Assembly: GCA_038078755.1 (NCBI GenBank)
Contig: JBBTSQ010000032.1
Coordinates: forward strand, 1-47,650
Source: Patescibacteria group bacterium
GTDB taxonomy: Bacteria; Patescibacteriota; Minisyncoccia; Phycocordibacterales; JBAYGS01
Length of the DNA stretch: 47,650 bases
Direction of reading: 5' to 3'
In this document: in pieces, positions 43,069 through 47,650 of the stretch
How the letters are laid out: the number at the start of each line of letters is the position of its first letter
Numbering within the stretch: position 1 is the first letter of the stretch
Made by a program: the position numbers and the translations under genes
The notes under the pieces: model-generated
Databases searched by the model: none
Seen by the model: only the letters and a program-made list of their open reading frames with translations
Told to the model about the DNA's origin: nothing

Positions 43069-43509
43069 ATGCGATATCATAGTGACACCCCTCTTCAAAC
43101 CGCGGAAGTAGCCAGAGATTTTTTAAATCGTCTTTTTACTCTGTCACACACGGAAGCCGTCACCCTCGGTCTCTATGGTGATCTCGGCGCGGGCAAGACC
43201 AATTTCACCCAAGCGATTGCGCAAGCACTCGGGGTAGTTGAGGTAGTATCGAGCCCCACCTATGTTATCCAAAAGATTTATAAACTCAATAACCAGCCGT
43301 TTGACCACCTCATCCATATTGATGCTTACCGACTCCTAAAAAGCGCGGAACTTTCGGCGCTTGGCTGGGCAGAAATCATCGCTAATCCAAAAAATCTAGT
43401 ACTCGTCGAGTGGCCAGAGAGGGTGTTGGAGGTGATGCCTCAAGGGCATATTAAAATTACTTTTGCTCACGGAGAAAAAGATACTCGCATAATTGAAACA
43501 AGCATCTAG
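43069..43509 (+). CDS. tsaE: tRNA t6A37 biosynthesis ATPase TsaE
   Basis: P-loop 'GDLGAGKT', 'SPTYVI' and 'HIDAYRL'. Confidence 0.85.
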   Translation: MRYHSDTPLQTAEVARDFLNRLFTLSHTEAVTLGLYGDLGAGKTNFTQAIAQALGVVEVVSSPTYVIQKIYKLNNQPFDHLIHIDAYRLLKSAELSALGWAEIIANPKNLVLVEWPERVLEVMPQGHIKITFAHGEKDTRIIETSI

Positions 43510-43583
43510 GTCGTCTACTTGCGTTTCTTAAGTAGGAGTGATTTAATTGAAAATGGAATAGAAACTTTGCAGCTCATTGTGTT

Positions 43584-43784
43584 ATGTGCAAAAAAGACCT
43601 TGTTGTCCTGTTCGTGTTGCTCGGCGCTCTCGTGGCGGCGTGCCAGCTACTGTCGATTCCCTGGTTGATTGTTTTTGGGGCTTTCGAGATTGTCTTTGCA
43701 GTATGGTGGGGACGCCGACCATGCTCAAAGGTCCGTGTGACCCATCGTCGGTCAACACATTCGACCTTTTTTGAATCGCCGTAA
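43584..43784 (+). CDS. Small two-TM membrane protein with a basic tail
   Basis: 'LVVLFVLLGALVAAC' and 'IPWLIVFGAFEIVFAVWW' helices, followed directly by a terminator. Confidence 0.4.
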   Translation: MCKKDLVVLFVLLGALVAACQLLSIPWLIVFGAFEIVFAVWWGRRPCSKVRVTHRRSTHSTFFESP

Positions 43785-43789
43785 ACCAG

Positions 43790-43820
43790 AGGCGCGCTCA
43801 CACCAGAGTGCGCCTTTTTC
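43790..43820 (+). terminator. Rho-independent terminator
   Basis: aggcgcgctc-acacca-gagtgcgcct (10-bp stem, one G-U pair), then ttttt. It lies inside the 5' extension of the polA track ORF. Confidence 0.75.
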
Positions 43821-43869
43821 TTTGCTCCTGCAAGAGAAAAAGGCGCGGAAAAGTGCTACACTAAAGAAT

Positions 43870-46296
43870 ATGAAGGCCCCAGAATCTGCTACTAAAAAAG
43901 AGGTCAGAAAGCTTGTGTTGCTCGACGCGCACGCGATCCTCCATCGCGCGTATCACGCTCTGCCTGACTTCGCTTCAAGCAAGGGTGAGCCGACGGGGGC
44001 CCTCTACGGCCTTTCGACAATGCTGATCAAGATTATTGATGAGCTTAAACCAGATTATCTGATTGCCGCGTATGACCTCCCCAAGCCAACCTATCGTCAT
44101 GAAGCCTACAAAGACTACAAAGCGGGTCGGGTCAAGGCAGATGACGAGCTTGTCGCCCAAATGAAACGCTCCCGAGAAGTATTCACTGCGTTCAATATCC
44201 CTATCTACGACAAAGAAGGTTTTGAGGCGGATGATATGCTCGGCACGATTGTCGAGCAGATGAAAAAGCGCTCCGACATCGACATTGTAATTGCTTCCGG
44301 TGATATGGACACGTTGCAATTGGTGGATGACAAAAAAGTACAAGTCTATACACTCAAAAAAGGCATTCACGATACGATTTTGTATGATGAAGATGCGGTT
44401 CTGAAGCGCTTTGGCTTTGGGCCGAAACTTTTACCAGACTACAAAGGTTTGCGCGGTGATCCATCTGATAATATTCCAGGGATTAAGGGGATTGGTGAGG
44501 TGACAGCAACTGCGCTAATCACCAATTTCGGCTCAATTGAGCAGATATACAAGACTCTCAAAAAAGACCAGTCCGCTTTTGAAAAAGTGGGAATTAAACC
44601 GAGAATTATCGAGCTCCTCAAAGCGGGAAAAGAGGATGCCGAGTTTAGTAAGATGCTCGGCACTATCCGCCATGATGCACCGATCGAGTTTATGCTTCCA
44701 GAAACATTGTGGAAAGAGAGTGTGAATATGCAGAAAGCCGAAGATTTTTTCCGCGAGCTTGAGTTTCGGGCGTTACCAACACGTTTGAAAGAGGTATTGA
44801 CCGGCAAAAAGGCGGACGTGGCCGTGCAGAGCTCTTTAGTCAGCACGGTGCAAAACGATATTTCTCCAAAGGCGCTTTCGGAACTTTTGATTGCGCTCTG
44901 GGTGCTCGATTCAAACAAAACCACACCGACAATCGAAGATATCACCGCCTATGCTAAGACGGATTCTTTGGCTGAAGCACAGAAAGTAATTTTTGATCGA
45001 CTAGCGAGAGAGGCTGGCTCGCGGCGAGTGTTTGAGGAGATAGAAAAGCCACTGATTCCGATTATTGAAAAAATGAAAGAAGTGGGGATCAAAATCGATA
45101 CCGCGCAATTTAAAAAGCTATCACTCACGTGCCACAACGAGCTTTCGGGACTTGAAAAAGAGATTTGGAAACTAGCTGGAGCAGAGTTTAATGTGGCATC
45201 ACCAAAACAGCTCGGCGATATCTTGTTTATCAAAATGAATTTGGCTGGAAAGCGTCAAAAAAAGACTGCTACCGGCAATTTTTCGACCAAAGAATCGGAA
45301 CTTGAGAAAATAAAAGATGTCAGTCCGATCATTCCGCTGATTTTAAAACACCGAGAGCTCTCAAAACTGCTCGGCACATACGTGGACCCACTCCCGACTC
45401 TGGTCAAAGAAGATGGGCGAGTGCACGCCACCTTTCTTCAGGCTGGAGCGGCCACGGGGAGAATGGCATCGACCAATCCGAGTCTCCACAACATTCCCAA
45501 CACCGGCGCCTATGGCAAGGCTATTCGCAAAGCCTTTATTGCTGAAAAAGGTTTCAAAATTGTGACGTTTGATTACTCGCAAATCGAACTCCGCATTGCC
45601 GCCTTTCTTTCAGGAGACAAAAAAATGATTGATGTGTTTTTGAAGGGGGAGGATATTCATACGAGAGTGGCGAGTGAAGTCTTTGGGGTACCTCCTGATG
45701 CGGTGACCAAAGATATGCGTCGCCAAGCCAAGGTGATCAATTTCGGTATTCTTTTTGGTATGGGTGTCTCTGCGCTCCAGACCAATCTTGCTGACCCAGA
45801 GGCAGGAGAGGCCGGCAAAATTTCTCGGGCGCAAGCACAGAAGTTTTATAACGACTACTTTGAAAAGTTTTCAGGTCTTGCCGAGTACCTAAATTCAGTC
45901 AAAGCCGAGGCCTATCGTACTGGCTACACCGAGACATTTTTTGGCAGACGCAGGTATTTTGAGGGTATTAAATCTAAACTACCATTTATTCGCGCTGCTG
46001 CTGAGCGAATGGCGATAAACGCGCCGATTCAAGGCACTGAAGCAGATATTATCAAGCTGGCGATGGTGCAGATTGATGCCTATTTAAAAAAAGAAAAATT
46101 ACTTGATTCAGTGCGAATACTGCTTCAGGTGCATGACGAGTTGGTGTACGAGATTAAAGATGAGTTGGTGGAAACAGTGGCGCCACAAATCCGAAAAATA
46201 ATGGAAGAGATAATTGATCCAAAAGACGTCTCGGGTATTGTGTGTACGGCAGAGGCCTCGGTGGGGGATAATTGGGGCGAACTACGGGGGTTGTAG
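43870..46296 (+). CDS. polA: DNA polymerase I
   Basis: 5'-nuclease 'LVLLDAHAILHRAYHA'. Polymerase motif A 'DYSQIELR', motif B 'RRQAKVINFGILFGM' and motif C 'QVHDELV'. ATG 43870 has TGCTACACT 7 nt upstream and lies after the terminator. Confidence 0.95.
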   Translation: MKAPESATKKEVRKLVLLDAHAILHRAYHALPDFASSKGEPTGALYGLSTMLIKIIDELKPDYLIAAYDLPKPTYRHEAYKDYKAGRVKADDELVAQMKRSREVFTAFNIPIYDKEGFEADDMLGTIVEQMKKRSDIDIVIASGDMDTLQLVDDKKVQVYTLKKGIHDTILYDEDAVLKRFGFGPKLLPDYKGLRGDPSDNIPGIKGIGEVTATALITNFGSIEQIYKTLKKDQSAFEKVGIKPRIIELLKAGKEDAEFSKMLGTIRHDAPIEFMLPETLWKESVNMQKAEDFFRELEFRALPTRLKEVLTGKKADVAVQSSLVSTVQNDISPKALSELLIALWVLDSNKTTPTIEDITAYAKTDSLAEAQKVIFDRLAREAGSRRVFEEIEKPLIPIIEKMKEVGIKIDTAQFKKLSLTCHNELSGLEKEIWKLAGAEFNVASPKQLGDILFIKMNLAGKRQKKTATGNFSTKESELEKIKDVSPIIPLILKHRELSKLLGTYVDPLPTLVKEDGRVHATFLQAGAATGRMASTNPSLHNIPNTGAYGKAIRKAFIAEKGFKIVTFDYSQIELRIAAFLSGDKKMIDVFLKGEDIHTRVASEVFGVPPDAVTKDMRRQAKVINFGILFGMGVSALQTNLADPEAGEAGKISRAQAQKFYNDYFEKFSGLAEYLNSVKAEAYRTGYTETFFGRRRYFEGIKSKLPFIRAAAERMAINAPIQGTEADIIKLAMVQIDAYLKKEKLLDSVRILLQVHDELVYEIKDELVETVAPQIRKIMEEIIDPKDVSGIVCTAEASVGDNWGELRGL

Positions 46297-46334
46297 TCGA
46301 TAGATGGTAGTTAGTAGTTAGGGAAACAGATTTA

Positions 46335-46721
46335 ATGATAGAAAATAATAAAAAAATACAAAGTTTTAAACAGCTACGTGCTTGGCAAGAAGCACACAGA
46401 CTTACATTACTTGTGTATACATGCACGAAACAATTTCCTAAGGAAGAAATATTCGGATTAACCAGCCAAATACGCAGATCTGCAAGTTCGATAGGAGCCA
46501 ATATTGCAGAGGGTTTTTGTCGTTTTTCACTAAAAGACAAAGTTCACTTTTATACCATCGCGGCAGGCTCAATCTCTGAAACAGAAAATCATATCGAGCT
46601 TGCTGGTGATTTAGGGTATATTAACGCAGAGTCGTATTCCATGTTACAAGAGCAACTTCTGTCTGTGTACAAGTTAAGTAACGCACTAATTAAAAGTATT
46701 AAGGTTTCTCCGAATTATTGA
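46335..46721 (+). CDS. Four-helix-bundle protein (23S rRNA intervening-sequence protein / Avd-like family)
   Basis: 'FKQLRAWQEAHRLTLLVY..FPKEEIFGLTSQIRRSASSIGANIAEGF.R.S.KD...FYTIAAGSISE' is the family consensus pattern. Confidence 0.9.
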   Translation: MIENNKKIQSFKQLRAWQEAHRLTLLVYTCTKQFPKEEIFGLTSQIRRSASSIGANIAEGFCRFSLKDKVHFYTIAAGSISETENHIELAGDLGYINAESYSMLQEQLLSVYKLSNALIKSIKVSPNY

Positions 46722-46783
46722 ATACGGTATTCGTTGACTTATTTACCAAACTACCATCTACTAACTACTAACTACCACTGCCC

Positions 46784-47539
46784 ATGATCTACCTACTCTA
46801 CGGTGAAGATACACTATCTGCTCGAGCCAAGGTGCACGAGCTGGTCAATGCACTTCAAAAGAAAAAACCAAATGCGGCATTCTTCACTATGACGGCTGAA
46901 GGTTGTGATGCCAGTCGGTTGGAAGAATTTGCGGGCGGGCAGGGGCTTTTTGAACAGAAGTATATTGTTTTTTTGGATCGAGTGTTGGAAACAGCTGAAG
47001 CAAAAGAGGCCTTTTTGGATTGTCTCAAAACAGTATCAGAGTCGGATAATATTTTTGTCATGCTTGAGGCGAAGCTTGATAAGGCCACACTGACCAAAAT
47101 TGAAAAGAAAGCGGAGAAAGTACAAGAATTTGTTTTTTCTGCCGGCGCAAAAGTTATGAGTAAAAGCGGGGCAGGTGATCGCCCGGAAGCCATCCCCGAA
47201 TTCAACATTTTCGTCTTGTCGGACGCTTTAGGTAAACGAGACAAAAAAAGTCTGTGGGTGTGGTACCAAAAAGCTCTGCTATCAGATATTCCTCCCGAAG
47301 AAATTTCAGGCACTTTGTTTTGGCAGGTCAAAAGCATGTTGGTAGCTCGGGAATCAAAAACTGCACTAGAATCCGGACTCAATCCCTTTGTATTTCAAAA
47401 ATCAAAAACGTACGAGAAAAATTATCCGGGCGATATACTTCCAAAACTTTCAGAAAAATTGGTCAGTATCTACCACGACGCGCATCGGGGGAAGGGGGAT
47501 TTTGCGGTGGCGCTGGAAAGACTGATTTTAAGTTTGTAG
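46784..47539 (+). CDS. holA: DNA polymerase III delta subunit (HolA)-like protein, short form
   Basis: The N-terminal 'IYLLYGEDTLS', the overall helical C-terminal half and the size resemble HolA. The assignment is weak without a profile search. Confidence 0.5.
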   Translation: MIYLLYGEDTLSARAKVHELVNALQKKKPNAAFFTMTAEGCDASRLEEFAGGQGLFEQKYIVFLDRVLETAEAKEAFLDCLKTVSESDNIFVMLEAKLDKATLTKIEKKAEKVQEFVFSAGAKVMSKSGAGDRPEAIPEFNIFVLSDALGKRDKKSLWVWYQKALLSDIPPEEISGTLFWQVKSMLVARESKTALESGLNPFVFQKSKTYEKNYPGDILPKLSEKLVSIYHDAHRGKGDFAVALERLILSL

Positions 47540-47650
47540 GACTTTTGTGGTCACGAATATTTTGTTCGCCGTCGCTCACAAAATTTCTTGACCACGACTC
47601 GTCTATTTTTCTTGCTAGAAAAATATGACTCCGTCTCGCACATGTATCAA

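Noticed and set aside
42768-43082. ORF 42768..43082, plus ORFs 41227..41493 and 41270..41686.
   Set aside because: The first runs through a perfect terminator and into the tsaE start. The other two overlap the better-supported signal-peptide gene 41300..41869 or its promoter region.
46335-46721. Diversity-generating retroelement, suggested by the Avd-like 4HB genes.
   Set aside because: There is no reverse transcriptase ORF in the window. No template/variable repeat pair with adenine-specific differences was found, and the only long repeat pair is identical.
1-47650. Alternative genetic code (UGA recoding, as in some CPR lineages).
   Set aside because: Motif-complete genes close with TGA, TAA and TAG at expected lengths, and no conserved gene is interrupted by an in-frame TGA.

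Overview
This 47.65-kb window looks like chromosomal DNA from a small-genome, Patescibacteria/CPR-like (Parcubacteria-type) bacterium; that taxonomic call is inferred from gene content and is not proven. It spans the replication origin: jag-yidC-rnpA-rpmH on the minus strand, then dnaA-dnaN-DUF721 on the plus strand, with a DnaA-box cluster between dnaA and dnaN. Housekeeping genes recognised by motif are comM (partial), an M23/LysM peptidase, pcrA/uvrD, rsmA, PBP1A, tyrS, ruvC, yebC, ruvB, pilB/gspE, tsaE, polA and a holA-like gene. The accessory core at about 7.3-22.4 kb is a type-IV-secretion-like surface-machine locus with no relaxase or coupling protein in the window. It holds a VirB4 ATPase, a PrgI/VirB3-like protein, a stand-alone VirB4-N-domain-like protein, a VirB6-like polytopic protein and a VirB2-like pilin fused to a coiled coil. 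It also holds a 720-aa secreted protein with a fucolectin/discoidin domain and several signal-anchored proteins. An NYN nuclease gene and decayed copies of a four-helix-bundle (23S-IVS/Avd-like) gene interrupt it. Features not explained by the ORF track are listed below. (1) Nested inverted repeats and a truncated 4HB gene copy bracket a 4.3-kb part of the T4SS-like locus. (2) A 31-bp element in inverted copies flanks a PaaX-like regulator gene. (3) A 119/122-nt perfectly conserved hairpin element occurs twice, 5.2 kb apart, with a mosaic third relative. (4) A small-RNA candidate has a consensus promoter and an intrinsic terminator. (5) Sub-threshold genes include rpmH, two paralogous ~49-59-aa hydrophobic peptides and a 24-aa poly-Lys peptide. 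(6) About 17 genes have TGnTATACT -10 boxes 6-12 nt upstream of the start codon and no Shine-Dalgarno sequence, which suggests leaderless mRNAs. (7) Several families of low-complexity intergenic 'word' repeats recur across the window. No rRNA, tRNA or CRISPR array was found. All calls rest on hand reading of motifs; no database search was possible.
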